Source of the DNA: a virus | Strand: one strand, 5' to 3' | Length of the DNA stretch: 53,669 nt | Virus record (IMG/VR): IMGVR_UViG_3300045988_178360 | Shown here: in pieces, positions 27,354 to 37,890 of the stretch | Numbering within the stretch: the first letter of the stretch is position 1 | Layout: every line of letters starts with the position of its first letter | Made by a program: the position numbers and the translations under genes | The notes under the pieces: generated by a model | What the model was told of the DNA's origin: nothing | What the model saw: only the letters and a program-made list of their open reading frames with translations | Database searches by the model: none

Positions 27354-28172
27354 ATGAGTAAAGACCACATACCATTCACTGATTACACTATCAATAACAA
27401 TAAAATAGCATGGTGGTTAGTGAAAACCAATAAAAAATTCAACACACGACAAATCTACAACTATTTTAACAGAGTGGCAGATTATGGTACAATCATAAAA
27501 ACCATTAAAGAAAGAAAAGACAATGTACAAGCTGATAGTTTAATATCAGAGTTTGTAGAATGTGCAATATTTGATAATAAAGATTTAAGTTTCCTTCCAA
27601 ATTATGTGACTGGAAGAGATGGAGTTAAATATTACACTAACACTATTGTATCAATGAATAATCGTGTGAGTGCTTATGAAGTTTTACATGGGGAAAGTCC
27701 TAAAATTGTATACATAAATGACTCTCATGGAAATGGGACTACTAATATTTCTGCTGATGCTACATTAGAGAAATGTTATAAGGCTTTTGGAGAATTTTCC
27801 ACTATTGATGGTTTTCTTTCTAAAATACAAGGAAGAGGGTATTCATATTATTTTAATAGTATATATAATACTGATACAACTATTAATAGAATTAAAAACC
27901 GTAAAGGAGCTAACTGTACAGATAGTTCACAATTAACATATAGGGTAGGGAAAGGTTTAGGTTATGATGTTCAATTTATTCATGTTAGATGTAAATCTGG
28001 AACTGGACATGTAAGAGTTAGATTAAAACATCCTAAACATACTGATAATGCATGGATTTATCGTGACCCAGCTGCTGTTTTAAAAGGAAATGGAGTAAGG
28101 TCTAATTGGTGTATGAATGGTACTGTTTTAGCATATAATCCTTCATGGGTTTTCTCTGATTTATACCAATAA
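27354..28172 (+). CDS. Pseudomurein endoisopeptidase-like lysin (Pei family, Cys-His-Asp protease) candidate
   Basis: The C-terminal domain has GANCTDSSQL (Cys, about nt 27915), GHVRV (His, about 28009) and YRDPA (Asp, about 28065) in transglutaminase-like spacing. Its position after the tail fibers is typical of lysis genes. Confidence 0.5.
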   Translation: MSKDHIPFTDYTINNNKIAWWLVKTNKKFNTRQIYNYFNRVADYGTIIKTIKERKDNVQADSLISEFVECAIFDNKDLSFLPNYVTGRDGVKYYTNTIVSMNNRVSAYEVLHGESPKIVYINDSHGNGTTNISADATLEKCYKAFGEFSTIDGFLSKIQGRGYSYYFNSIYNTDTTINRIKNRKGANCTDSSQLTYRVGKGLGYDVQFIHVRCKSGTGHVRVRLKHPKHTDNAWIYRDPAAVLKGNGVRSNWCMNGTVLAYNPSWVFSDLYQ

Positions 28173-28323
28173 ATTAATGTAGATAAGAGAGTATGTTTTA
28201 TGTATGATATACTCTCATCTATCATTTAATTAAAATACTACTTAATTAAACACATACTTACAATCAAATTTATTATTTTAATCATACTTATTTTAAATTA
28301 TATAATGGGAGGTAAAGGTATTC

Positions 28324-28932
28324 GTGAGTACAAAATATATTATCACACTACCCAAAAAAGAAATAACAAAAAACTTCAACACCTCAAGACTCACATTCAC
28401 AATTGGAAAAATGAGGAGTGTGGGAGTATGCATTGTAAAACCAATATTAAAACTATACACAATTAAAAAACAAGAAATAAACACTTACAAAGGCAAACAA
28501 TGGGTTGTTGCAAACACTTATCAAAAATACACTAATACATTCAACATAACTGAAGAAGAACTACATCAAACATCATATATTCAAATCAAATTAGAAATAA
28601 TCGGAATAACAAGCGATTATCCAATCTACTTCAACAACTTAATGCTAAACGAAGGAGATTATACTGATTACCATCAACCAAACGAATCATTAGATGAAAC
28701 CAGCATCTATTTTATAAATAATTTCTTTGTTAATTTATACACTAAAAACGAAGCAAGTTTTCTTGAAATCATAAGACCAAATTATGATAATTTCACAACC
28801 AGAACATTAAAAAGAAGTAAATGCACAATATTAGCACCACACTTACTGAACGAAGATGCAATAGATTCATCAGAAAATTTAAGCTTGGAATATATGAATA
28901 TGAACGAGCAAGTAATTGAAATACTAAGGTGA
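28324..28932 (+). CDS. Hypothetical protein (202 aa, GTG start)
   Basis: ORF between the lysin and the next large tail gene. Confidence 0.3.
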   Translation: MSTKYIITLPKKEITKNFNTSRLTFTIGKMRSVGVCIVKPILKLYTIKKQEINTYKGKQWVVANTYQKYTNTFNITEEELHQTSYIQIKLEIIGITSDYPIYFNNLMLNEGDYTDYHQPNESLDETSIYFINNFFVNLYTKNEASFLEIIRPNYDNFTTRTLKRSKCTILAPHLLNEDAIDSSENLSLEYMNMNEQVIEILR

Positions 28933-28940
28933 AGTAGACA

Positions 28941-31900
28941 ATGGTTAAAAAACATATTACAAGAGATTACTCCGCACATAAAAAAAGTGTAGTCAGACCA
29001 ATGGACGAATACATCAAATTAGAAATATTCAGTTACAATCATATAAATACAGAATTATATAGTGCTTATCAAAACAATCTCGCAATGGAAAATGCAAACA
29101 AGATAACACAATATGCATGGATAGGTTATGAATCAACAGATAAAACAAACAGATTCAACATCAATTACAATTACACAGCAACAAAAAATAATGAATACCG
29201 TATGGACATCATCTACTTAAACAAAGATGATAAAGACATGACAGGGTCTGTTAAAATACAAAAAGATAACAACACAATAAAAGATGAAACAATTGTATTT
29301 GATGGAGAAGTAGATATATTAAAAAGACAAACATTATTCTATGATTTAAAAGAAGGATTATATAATATAACAGTCCGTATGCCCGTAAATACTATTTTTC
29401 TTGGAGCAATAGTAAGAGAAATAAAAACATATACTGGAGATAACATTGACTCTGCAGGAACTAATTTAATGTTCACACAAGCAACAGTATCAAAAACAAG
29501 TGAAACCAAACCTGCTGAAGTAACCTGCACCGTAGGTTATGATAATGATTTTGAATGCAGAGAATCAAGTAGTGGATTTTACATTGATTACCATGATGAA
29601 ATGAACCTCTACACAAAAGATGAAGATGGAAATATAAAACAAATCTTCGGTGGATATGTTTCAAGTATTTTACCTGACAATGACAGAACTAAGCTAACAA
29701 TTACTGGAGCAGACCGTTTAATTGATGGGCAAAACAAATATGTTTTAAATGAAATGTTTCTACTTGGAGGAACAACAAATCATGAAGAATATCTTGGAGA
29801 AGATTATAAAGATTTTCAAAGGTATGGTTCAGCATTAAAATATTTATGTGATTTATTCGAGAACACTTTAAAGAATAATATTAATGAAAATTATCTTGTA
29901 GGTGGAGAATCATATGCAAATGCAGTAACTTGCACTTATGGGGAAGAAGGAAATATTAAAAATGTTAAAAGCAATAATTTATCATTAAACACTAATAAGA
30001 ACTTCATAACAGTTAGAAATAATTCCACAAGTGAAGATATGCAAGTAGTGTACTTATATGATTATAAGGATTTTGTAAGTGATCCAATTGACATTACTGA
30101 TTATCATAATTTCTTTTTCACTTATGGTTTAGGTGACCCGAAAACTGAAACTGATGTTTCATCAAGTACAGAAAGTGGAACTGGTGCTTCAAGTGACAGT
30201 GTAGCAACTAAAGAAACAATTACGGTTAATCATATGCCATCATGTGCTTGTTGTTATGGAACACAATATAAAAGATACACTAAAACATGGAAAAATTACT
30301 GTCCCAATTGTGGTAAAAGTGGAACATTAACTGATAATCCTAAAGGAGTTTATGAAGGAGAAATAACATGTAGTATGAAAAAAGGTGGTTGTGATGCGGA
30401 TTACTGTGGATACTGTGGAGGAGATAAAGCAGCTGGAGCTAAATGTAAAAGAGTTAAATTAACTCCTGCTGATGGTGCAAGTATTACTTCTTCTGCAACT
30501 AAAAGTGAACCTACTTTAACTGTTGAGCAAGTTATGAGTAAAGCAAGAGGATTTCGTTATGGAGGTAATGCTTCAAGTATTAGTATTTCTGATGCACGAA
30601 CATTGGAGAAAAACCTTTTTGCACATGATTATGTAGAGCAGAATAAACAATGTGACTGTTTCGGTATGACTGCTTATTTATTTATTGAATTTATGAGGGC
30701 AGGGTATCGTGTAAGAGCAATTAAATATTATAGTGCAAGTGCTGGAAGTGGTACTCATCGTACAGTGCAAATATGGCAAAATGGAGGATGGGTAGACCCA
30801 TCATATGCAGGTTATGATGGTAGATTCCCACCAATACGAAATAAAAAAGACCTTGTGGAGATTATTGTTTCAGATGGTTTGTCCGCAGATGGAAGTACTG
30901 GAACAGTAACTAAAATAGTGAATGGGTATGATAAAGACAATATTTTTAAAGGATTTTTCCAAATTAGTTATAGGGTAGTTAATGATAATAATGAAACTTT
31001 TGATAGTTATCTTGTACTTGATTTCAGTCAACAAAGTAATCATCAATCAGCATATGGGAATAATGATAAAGGATTTGACCCTATTTGTTTGAATAATAGT
31101 ATTAAACAAGCTACTATTAATTGTAATCAGTATATTAAAGAAGATTGTTATAGTAAAGGTTTCACAGACCATTATGCTACAAACTTGAAAATATATTTAA
31201 GAGAAATTAAATTTAAAAGCTTATCCACTACTGAAAAAGGAACAAATGCCCCATATTATGAGATGAATAATGGTACAATTGACAATGCTTCATGTAAATT
31301 AGATATTTATGCCTGTGGTTTCAATAATGGTACTTTAATCAACCCTACTGATTTGTCAAGTTGTGGTAAAAGCATAAATACTGAAATTGAAGAGTTAATT
31401 AAAGCAAGTGGTTATTTAATAAATATGGAGTATAGTAAACATCGTAAGGATGATGTTATTAATTTTTTAGTTGATAATCAAACTAAAGCAAAATATCTTG
31501 CAGAAGAAGGAGATAATAATAATATTTTATCATGGAGTAGTATAAATTACACTCCAGTTTCCACATTGTTTAATAATAGTATTTATGTGTTTAAAAACCA
31601 AACTAAAGATGGGGCTTTTTATAAATATGTTAACAGTAAAATGAGTGGTAGTGTGTTAAAATATGGTGAACAAACAAGTTTACAAACTACATCTCAAATT
31701 TTATCCGCTAAAGAAGCATATTTCTATAGTAGAGTAAAAAATGATAAGTTTAATTGGAAACCAACTTATACTTATACGATAAGTGTTGTAGGCAGTCCTG
31801 ATTTAGATATTTATGATTTAGTGCAAGTTAAAGCAGATGCACAGAAATTAAATACTGTTAAAAGAGTTCAGTCAATTAAAATATCTTATAGCAACAGTCA

Positions 31901-32066
31901 AATTCCAAGAATCCGTACCGAATTGGGTTTAGGAGAAATGGCTCAAGAATTTCAGTTACAGAAATTGTTAAGAGAGTTAAGAGAAACTGCTAAACAAGAA
32001 TCTACTTTATTTAGTGGTTCTGCAAGTCAAGTTACTGATAAAAATGTATATCAATGGGAGAGATGA
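28941..32066 (+). CDS. Large tail protein (1041 aa) with Cys-rich zinc-ribbon-like region and an internal Cys-His-Asp protease-like domain
   Basis: The Cys-rich stretch reads CACCYGTQYKRYTKTWKNYCPNCGKSG…CDADYCGYCGG. The protease-like domain has QCDCFGMTAYLF (about 30651), GTHRTVQIW (about 30753) and VDPS (about 30795). Confidence 0.5.
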   Translation: MVKKHITRDYSAHKKSVVRPMDEYIKLEIFSYNHINTELYSAYQNNLAMENANKITQYAWIGYESTDKTNRFNINYNYTATKNNEYRMDIIYLNKDDKDMTGSVKIQKDNNTIKDETIVFDGEVDILKRQTLFYDLKEGLYNITVRMPVNTIFLGAIVREIKTYTGDNIDSAGTNLMFTQATVSKTSETKPAEVTCTVGYDNDFECRESSSGFYIDYHDEMNLYTKDEDGNIKQIFGGYVSSILPDNDRTKLTITGADRLIDGQNKYVLNEMFLLGGTTNHEEYLGEDYKDFQRYGSALKYLCDLFENTLKNNINENYLVGGESYANAVTCTYGEEGNIKNVKSNNLSLNTNKNFITVRNNSTSEDMQVVYLYDYKDFVSDPIDITDYHNFFFTYGLGDPKTETDVSSSTESGTGASSDSVATKETITVNHMPSCACCYGTQYKRYTKTWKNYCPNCGKSGTLTDNPKGVYEGEITCSMKKGGCDADYCGYCGGDKAAGAKCKRVKLTPADGASITSSATKSEPTLTVEQVMSKARGFRYGGNASSISISDARTLEKNLFAHDYVEQNKQCDCFGMTAYLFIEFMRAGYRVRAIKYYSASAGSGTHRTVQIWQNGGWVDPSYAGYDGRFPPIRNKKDLVEIIVSDGLSADGSTGTVTKIVNGYDKDNIFKGFFQISYRVVNDNNETFDSYLVLDFSQQSNHQSAYGNNDKGFDPICLNNSIKQATINCNQYIKEDCYSKGFTDHYATNLKIYLREIKFKSLSTTEKGTNAPYYEMNNGTIDNASCKLDIYACGFNNGTLINPTDLSSCGKSINTEIEELIKASGYLINMEYSKHRKDDVINFLVDNQTKAKYLAEEGDNNNILSWSSINYTPVSTLFNNSIYVFKNQTKDGAFYKYVNSKMSGSVLKYGEQTSLQTTSQILSAKEAYFYSRVKNDKFNWKPTYTYTISVVGSPDLDIYDLVQVKADAQKLNTVKRVQSIKISYSNSQIPRIRTELGLGEMAQEFQLQKLLRELRETAKQESTLFSGSASQVTDKNVYQWER

Positions 32067-32072
32067 TTTATT

Positions 32073-34577
32073 ATGCCTAATCAAGGAAGTTATGATTTAA
32101 GACATGATGTTGATAGGTTGCAAAGAAAAGTTGATGTTTTTAAGAATGAATTTGCAGATTCTTTTTTTATTGAAGCGAGTGTGCCTACGATCATTTACAA
32201 GGATGATATTTTCAATCCGAAAAGTATTACTTTTTACAGTTATAAAAATAATAAAGGGAAAATAGAAATATACAAAGGAACATTAAAAGTATTAACAAGT
32301 GTAGATGGGAACACTTACACATTACTCAAAACATCAAATGATACAAATATTACAATAAACCTATCAGATACTACAATTAAATTCTACAAGTGTGAATTAT
32401 ATAATGCGGAAAATCAATTATTAGACAGTCAAACAATACCCTCACTTACAGAAGGAGAAGGGGATTCAAGTCCAATATCCTTATTTTTAGGGAATGAATC
32501 ACAACTCATACCCTGCACAAGTGATGAGAGGGTACAAGACACATTTTCATTTACAATCCCTTTTTATTGTTACAAAGGCACTAAATTATATCCCTGCGAA
32601 TACATTCCATCATCACCAAATCCATTTACTGAATTGGGGTTCTCATATAATCTGGATAAACAATGTTCCAGTACAGATAATGGGCAGATAACAATAACTG
32701 CACCTAAAGACAATTTGCTTGGAGGGGAAACTGGCGGGGTCATCTCTTTAACTTTTAGTGTTGATGGTGAAACAATTAATAAACAATTTAACTGGGCGAA
32801 ATCAATAAAAGGAGAAAATGGTTATTCTGCACCTGACGGGTATATGCATTTTGCATATGCGAATGATGACAAAGGCGAAACAGATTTCAGTACAGAAAAC
32901 AACACTAACAGAAAATATATGGGTGCATATTATGATTATGTGCAAGAAACAAGTCAAGACCCATCAAGATACACTTGGTCATTAATCAAAGGTGAGGACG
33001 GTAAATCACCATCAACTGAAGAAATTGTTGAATCCATTAATGAATCAGGAGTAGATGCTAAAACATTAGATGGTAAATCACCAATAAACTTTTTATCATC
33101 AGTAATACCCACAACATATATTTATCGTGATGAATCAGATAAAACACAGAATTATATAGTTATCTATGAATTAGGAAACATTGTAATTGTCCAATTTTAC
33201 AAATTCAGCGGAAACAGTTCAGACTATGGTAATGATGGTGCATATTATTTCCGATTATTCCCAAATGATGGTAAACATGAAATCCCCGAAAGATTAAGAC
33301 CACCAGTAACAGTCTACACTAATGATTTAAACCAAGGAAACGGAAGCAGTTATGGTAGATTAAAAATAACAAATACTGGAGTTATTGCGAAAGGAAACAG
33401 TACAACAGGACAATACAATAATACTTATGGTACTTTCATTTATACTATTAACTCAAGAACATCAACTGTTTTATCAGAAGCAGAATCTACTGTTAAAGTT
33501 GGGGATTATTTAAGTGTGACTTTAAAAGACTCATCAGATAATTTATTAACAGGTAGAAATGTTGTATTCAACATTAATGGGAAAAATTATTACAGAACAA
33601 CTGATAATTTAGGAATTGCTAAAATAAGTTTAAGATTAGGTCAAGGAGAATATACTATTTTAGGGATGTTTGATGGTGATATGACTTATGCTCCATGTGA
33701 AAAACAATATACTGTTAATGTGGTGAAAACTACTGGTCTAATACAATTCTCTGGAGGCTCTTACCAAAACGATGGGTATACTTTAGAAGGAGATATTTTA
33801 ACAGTACAAGCACTAAACGAACATGGCAATCCACTATCCAATTTTGAATTATTAATTAATGACATAACCTATAGGGCTGATGAGAATGGTGAGGTTAAAT
33901 TAACTGTTAAGGAGAATGGGACATTTGTCTGTAAATTCGCAGAATCCCACAACGACCAAATTAGTAACAGAGCAACCTATTCAAATACTGTGAAGATAAT
34001 AGGTAAAACAACCCCTGTAACCACACACACTCGTGTGCCTTTGTCCTTAAGTGCCGGTGGAACTAATGGTAAATATAAAGGATATAATAATGATTCTTTA
34101 AATGTTGCAAGAGTACAGAAAAGAGAAAATAATAGTAGTGCATCAACTGCAATTACCTGCACACATAACAGTAGCCCAGCAGCATATTTAAGAACTACTC
34201 CTGCACAGATTTATTTCAATGTATTTAAATTCCCAAAACCAAACAAGGCTTGCACACTAACAGCTACTGTATATTGTGGAGAGTTCGGAGGTATAACTGG
34301 AGGACACATGAATTTCCCAAAATTACAGTTAAAAGATGTAATTAACAATATAACTTATGATGAAAAAATCACTCAAGGAAATTTCACATCATCAAACAAG
34401 AACACATATTTACCATTTACTATTACACACACATTCACTCCTGAACAAGCATCTGCAATTGAATCAGACAACCTTGCATTACTTGTTATCCCACAGGAAA
34501 GTTATCTCACAACTACTGCCTCATATAATGTAAGTGAGTTTAGGATAGATTATGTTGAAATGAAAATACAATATTAG
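32073..34577 (+). CDS. Tail fiber / adhesin-like protein (834 aa) with Big-like domains
   Basis: Motifs GKNYYRTTDNLGIAKISLRLGQGEYTI and GEVKLTVKENGTFV are typical of bacterial Ig-like / carboxypeptidase regulatory-like folds. Confidence 0.45.
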   Translation: MPNQGSYDLRHDVDRLQRKVDVFKNEFADSFFIEASVPTIIYKDDIFNPKSITFYSYKNNKGKIEIYKGTLKVLTSVDGNTYTLLKTSNDTNITINLSDTTIKFYKCELYNAENQLLDSQTIPSLTEGEGDSSPISLFLGNESQLIPCTSDERVQDTFSFTIPFYCYKGTKLYPCEYIPSSPNPFTELGFSYNLDKQCSSTDNGQITITAPKDNLLGGETGGVISLTFSVDGETINKQFNWAKSIKGENGYSAPDGYMHFAYANDDKGETDFSTENNTNRKYMGAYYDYVQETSQDPSRYTWSLIKGEDGKSPSTEEIVESINESGVDAKTLDGKSPINFLSSVIPTTYIYRDESDKTQNYIVIYELGNIVIVQFYKFSGNSSDYGNDGAYYFRLFPNDGKHEIPERLRPPVTVYTNDLNQGNGSSYGRLKITNTGVIAKGNSTTGQYNNTYGTFIYTINSRTSTVLSEAESTVKVGDYLSVTLKDSSDNLLTGRNVVFNINGKNYYRTTDNLGIAKISLRLGQGEYTILGMFDGDMTYAPCEKQYTVNVVKTTGLIQFSGGSYQNDGYTLEGDILTVQALNEHGNPLSNFELLINDITYRADENGEVKLTVKENGTFVCKFAESHNDQISNRATYSNTVKIIGKTTPVTTHTRVPLSLSAGGTNGKYKGYNNDSLNVARVQKRENNSSASTAITCTHNSSPAAYLRTTPAQIYFNVFKFPKPNKACTLTATVYCGEFGGITGGHMNFPKLQLKDVINNITYDEKITQGNFTSSNKNTYLPFTITHTFTPEQASAIESDNLALLVIPQESYLTTTASYNVSEFRIDYVEMKIQY

Positions 34578-34778
34578 AAAAAAATATGGGGGAAAACATA
34601 TATATATTACTACATATCATAAATTATGATTAGAGAGTCAAAAGTATATCATAAAAAGGTATACTATTCCTTATGAGTGAATTAAGTGAAAAATTATGAT
34701 ATACTCTGCTGAAAAGTATTACTTTTCAAATGCTCTCTCCCACATAATATAAATTAAATATTAAAGGAGATAATATAT

Positions 34779-35957
34779 ATGTATAAAAAAAGTAGAGTAA
34801 TTGAAAATGCAACTGCAGGATTATCAAAAAGGTCAATCATGACCTATAATTCTGCAGTACACTCTTATGAAAAATTCCACAAAACAAGCATCGAAAAACT
34901 AGTGGAAGAAGCATTAAACGAACAAACAGAAAGAATCCCAGAACACCAATTGTCATTATATGACCGGTTACTAGATTACAGAAACTATCTAATGGAAGGG
35001 AACATAGGAGGAACCATCTCCAAATATTTCCAAATAATCAAAACCATTTACAGAAAAAACAGAGTAACCATACCCTACATCCCCCCATTAAACATAAAAT
35101 CAATTAAACGAAACCCATACATTGGTTTCAATGATATCCTCACAAAAGAGGAGATAAAAAATGCAATAAGCATTGCAAATCCACAAGTCCAAATAAGGAT
35201 GATGACAATGGCAACTGGAGGATACAGTAATGAAGAAACAAAAAACTTCACTAACCGACAGTTTATTGAAGACCTTTACCCATATCATCAAGAAGATGAT
35301 CCGGTTGAAGCATTACATAAATTAAGTAAAATGGATAATGTCATATGGGAAACCAAACTAATAAGGCAGAAAACTAAAAAACCATATTATGGTTTTGTCA
35401 ATCCAGAAACAACTCAAGCAATAGCAAGAGTAAAACTAAAAGAAGATTTTGACTTGGACAAACCATTATTCAAATATGATAAAATCTATTTTGCAAAATT
35501 ATTAAAACAACTTAATGACACTCTCCAGTTAGGAACAGCTGGAGGGTACAGTAAATTATCCGCTCATGCTCTTCGTAGATTCAATGCAACATATCTTAAA
35601 GGATTAGATTTAACTGCAGAAGAGTCAATGAGATTAAGTGATATTGATGAATTACAAGGCAGAGGTAAAACAAATACTCAAGATGCATATATTAAAACAA
35701 ATCCATTAAAACAAAAATTATTGTATGCTAAATACATGAATAATGTATCCTTGTATAATCAGTATACTTATTATATAGGTGAAGATGATATTATAGTTGA
35801 AAGAATAAAAGAGGATACATTAAAAAAAGAGAATAAGAAATTAAAACAAACAATTGCCAACATCACTAATTCTAATGATGGGTTAAAACAATATATTAAG
35901 AATGTTGGAGAAGATAATTTTGAATTACAATTAAATAGATTATTAAGAGAATTGTAA
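34779..35957 (+). CDS. int: Tyrosine recombinase / integrase
   Basis: C-terminal AHALRRFNATYL (HxxR box) and LQGRGKTNTQDAYIKT (nucleophilic Tyr), comparable to XerC/D LLGHSSLSTTQIYTH. Confidence 0.7.
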   Translation: MYKKSRVIENATAGLSKRSIMTYNSAVHSYEKFHKTSIEKLVEEALNEQTERIPEHQLSLYDRLLDYRNYLMEGNIGGTISKYFQIIKTIYRKNRVTIPYIPPLNIKSIKRNPYIGFNDILTKEEIKNAISIANPQVQIRMMTMATGGYSNEETKNFTNRQFIEDLYPYHQEDDPVEALHKLSKMDNVIWETKLIRQKTKKPYYGFVNPETTQAIARVKLKEDFDLDKPLFKYDKIYFAKLLKQLNDTLQLGTAGGYSKLSAHALRRFNATYLKGLDLTAEESMRLSDIDELQGRGKTNTQDAYIKTNPLKQKLLYAKYMNNVSLYNQYTYYIGEDDIIVERIKEDTLKKENKKLKQTIANITNSNDGLKQYIKNVGEDNFELQLNRLLREL

Positions 35958-36350
35958 CTTCTCATCTCTCAATAATTTCTTAACCTTTTTTTTATCCCAA
36001 TCATGCTCTACATATAAATCCCTTGCTTTTTCTGCTTCTTCTAATGAATTATATGCTCCAAACCTTTTTCTTTTAGTTCCTAATCGTTTAACAATAATCC
36101 ATTTCACTTTATTTTTCCTTTTTTCAATTTGAATATGTCGTGGAATATGCTCAAAAGAAGGTAACTCCACACTATAATACTTATTTTCTTTATGGGGTAA
36201 TTCACATAATTTATCAATGTCCCAAGCCACACTTTCTAAAGCATCTCTTTCAAACAAAGCGTCTTCTAATTTATCAAAAGCCCCATAATATTGATTGCCT
36301 TTAATTATTTGATATTTCCCATTCCTTATTTTGTAAATATTATGATACAT
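35943..36350 (-). CDS. DNA-binding protein with two AP2-like repeats
   Basis: YYGAFDKLEDALFERDALESVAWDIDKL and FGAYNSLEEAEKARDLYVEHDWDKKK fit the AP2 pattern G.F.T.EEAA.AYD. Confidence 0.4.
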   Translation of the reverse strand: MYHNIYKIRNGKYQIIKGNQYYGAFDKLEDALFERDALESVAWDIDKLCELPHKENKYYSVELPSFEHIPRHIQIEKRKNKVKWIIVKRLGTKRKRFGAYNSLEEAEKARDLYVEHDWDKKKVKKLLRDEKLQFS

Positions 36351-36526
36351 TTAAAAAAACCCTCCGTTTTTAGTGAAGCATATAAAACCACCAGTCAATT
36401 CCTTGTAATTGTAGGGTATTTGCTATTTGCATTTTCAAATTCAATTCATAATATCCTGCATATATGAGAATTACTACAAAACCAAGAATAAGACCAATAA
36501 CAATTAAATCTCCAATATTCATATTT

Positions 36527-36814
36527 TTAAACACCTCCTAAAGCTACAATAACATTATCTCCAGATACGGTTTCTATATAAAAACCATTTTCTTTACAAT
36601 CATTTATTCTTATTTTATTGAAAGCTTCCTTTGGAGCTATTTCTAAATTTTCTGTAACCCATTTCTCAAAATCCACCAATTCCATTTGTGAAATTGCAGA
36701 TGCAATATTATAATACACCATTATTGGAATTAATTGTGGGTGAATGTTTCTTTCTCGTTCATACAATACTTTGATAAGTATTGCAACTGTTTCAGTACTC
36801 ACATCAATATTCAT
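36527..36814 (-). CDS. Hypothetical protein (95 aa)
   Basis: ORF only. Confidence 0.3.
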   Translation of the reverse strand: MNIDVSTETVAILIKVLYERERNIHPQLIPIMVYYNIASAISQMELVDFEKWVTENLEIAPKEAFNKIRINDCKENGFYIETVSGDNVIVALGGV

Positions 36815-36818
36815 AACA

Positions 36819-37463
36819 TTAACCTTCTCTATTTTTACTATTTTTTAAAGAACGAATTCTACTTATAATACTCATTCTTTCTTCTAAGCTTATAGGTTTC
36901 TGTAGTCTTTTTTGTAAAGTATAGATTTCTTGATTAATACTATTTCCATGTACTGCATATCCATTTTCCAATAAAACATCATCTATAGTAACAGATGTTC
37001 TATCTAAAACATTATGTAAGTGTTTACTGTTTTTATCGAAAATCAATATGCTTCCTTCTTGTATTTCAAAAATCGTTGATGGTAAACATAATATTTCTAT
37101 ACTATTAGTTATTAGATTTTTATGTAATGATTTGACATTTGGAGAATCAAATAACCAACTAACCCAATCAAAGTCATCAGTCTTATTAAATTCCATTACC
37201 ACATAATCTTTGAAAGAAGGTCGCCCCTCAGATACAGTTATACTTTCATCATCATTTAATTTAACAAAGAAACCCTCGTGATTATTAAAATATTCCCCGT
37301 CAAAAATATTATTATTATTCACCTCAAAATCAAAGTAATCTCCATTGTTATCTATTGAATATTCTTCATAATAATTCTGTTTCAATAAAAACTCACATAT
37401 TTCTTCTTCATTTCCAATAACTGGTATCCAACCATCCGGTATTCTACTACATTCAACTATCAT
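36819..37463 (-). CDS. Paralog family member A (214 aa)
   Basis: N-terminus MIVECSRIPDGWIPVIGNEEEICEFLLKQNYYEEYSI is shared with the next two genes. Confidence 0.45.
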   Translation of the reverse strand: MIVECSRIPDGWIPVIGNEEEICEFLLKQNYYEEYSIDNNGDYFDFEVNNNNIFDGEYFNNHEGFFVKLNDDESITVSEGRPSFKDYVVMEFNKTDDFDWVSWLFDSPNVKSLHKNLITNSIEILCLPSTIFEIQEGSILIFDKNSKHLHNVLDRTSVTIDDVLLENGYAVHGNSINQEIYTLQKRLQKPISLEERMSIISRIRSLKNSKNREG

Positions 37464-37861
37464 TATATAACCTCCTTATAACTTACTCCAAATGTTTCAG
37501 TTGTAGTTTTTAAAACCCAATTTTTCCACACCAAACGTGTTACTCTATCTCTTATAAAACTCTCAAAATTTGGAGCAGTAAATATTCTCATCATATCATC
37601 ATTGTTATCAAATGGTACTGCAACATAATTTTTAAAATTATATTTATCCCTTACAGTGCGTATCTCCCCATCTTTTCCACACTTAAAAAAAGTAGTTTCA
37701 TCATTAAAAAATGTTTTATGGGGAACATTAAAAGAAACTGCTTCCTTATTTTTTTCCACATAACATTCACCATAATGGTCTAATAGATGATTTATAATTT
37801 CTTTTTCGTTTCCTTTAACTGGTTTGTAACCTTCTACTCTTTTCTTACATTCTATTATCAT
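37463..37861 (-). CDS. Paralog family member B (132 aa)
   Basis: MIIECKKRVEGYKPVKGNEKEIINHLL, with an ATGA overlap to member A. Confidence 0.45.
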   Translation of the reverse strand: MIIECKKRVEGYKPVKGNEKEIINHLLDHYGECYVEKNKEAVSFNVPHKTFFNDETTFFKCGKDGEIRTVRDKYNFKNYVAVPFDNNDDMMRIFTAPNFESFIRDRVTRLVWKNWVLKTTTETFGVSYKEVI

Positions 37862-37890
37862 CTTAACCCCTCTTTTTTATTCTGTATTCG

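Noticed and set aside
21123-35965. Other short antisense ORFs within tail and lysis genes (e.g. 21788-21970, 22683-22913, 24705-25010, 26023-26256, 28293-28484, 29339-29664, 33977-34162, 35100-35291, 35771-35965)
   Set aside because: All lie inside long plus-strand structural genes, show no independent signals, and have low-complexity products.
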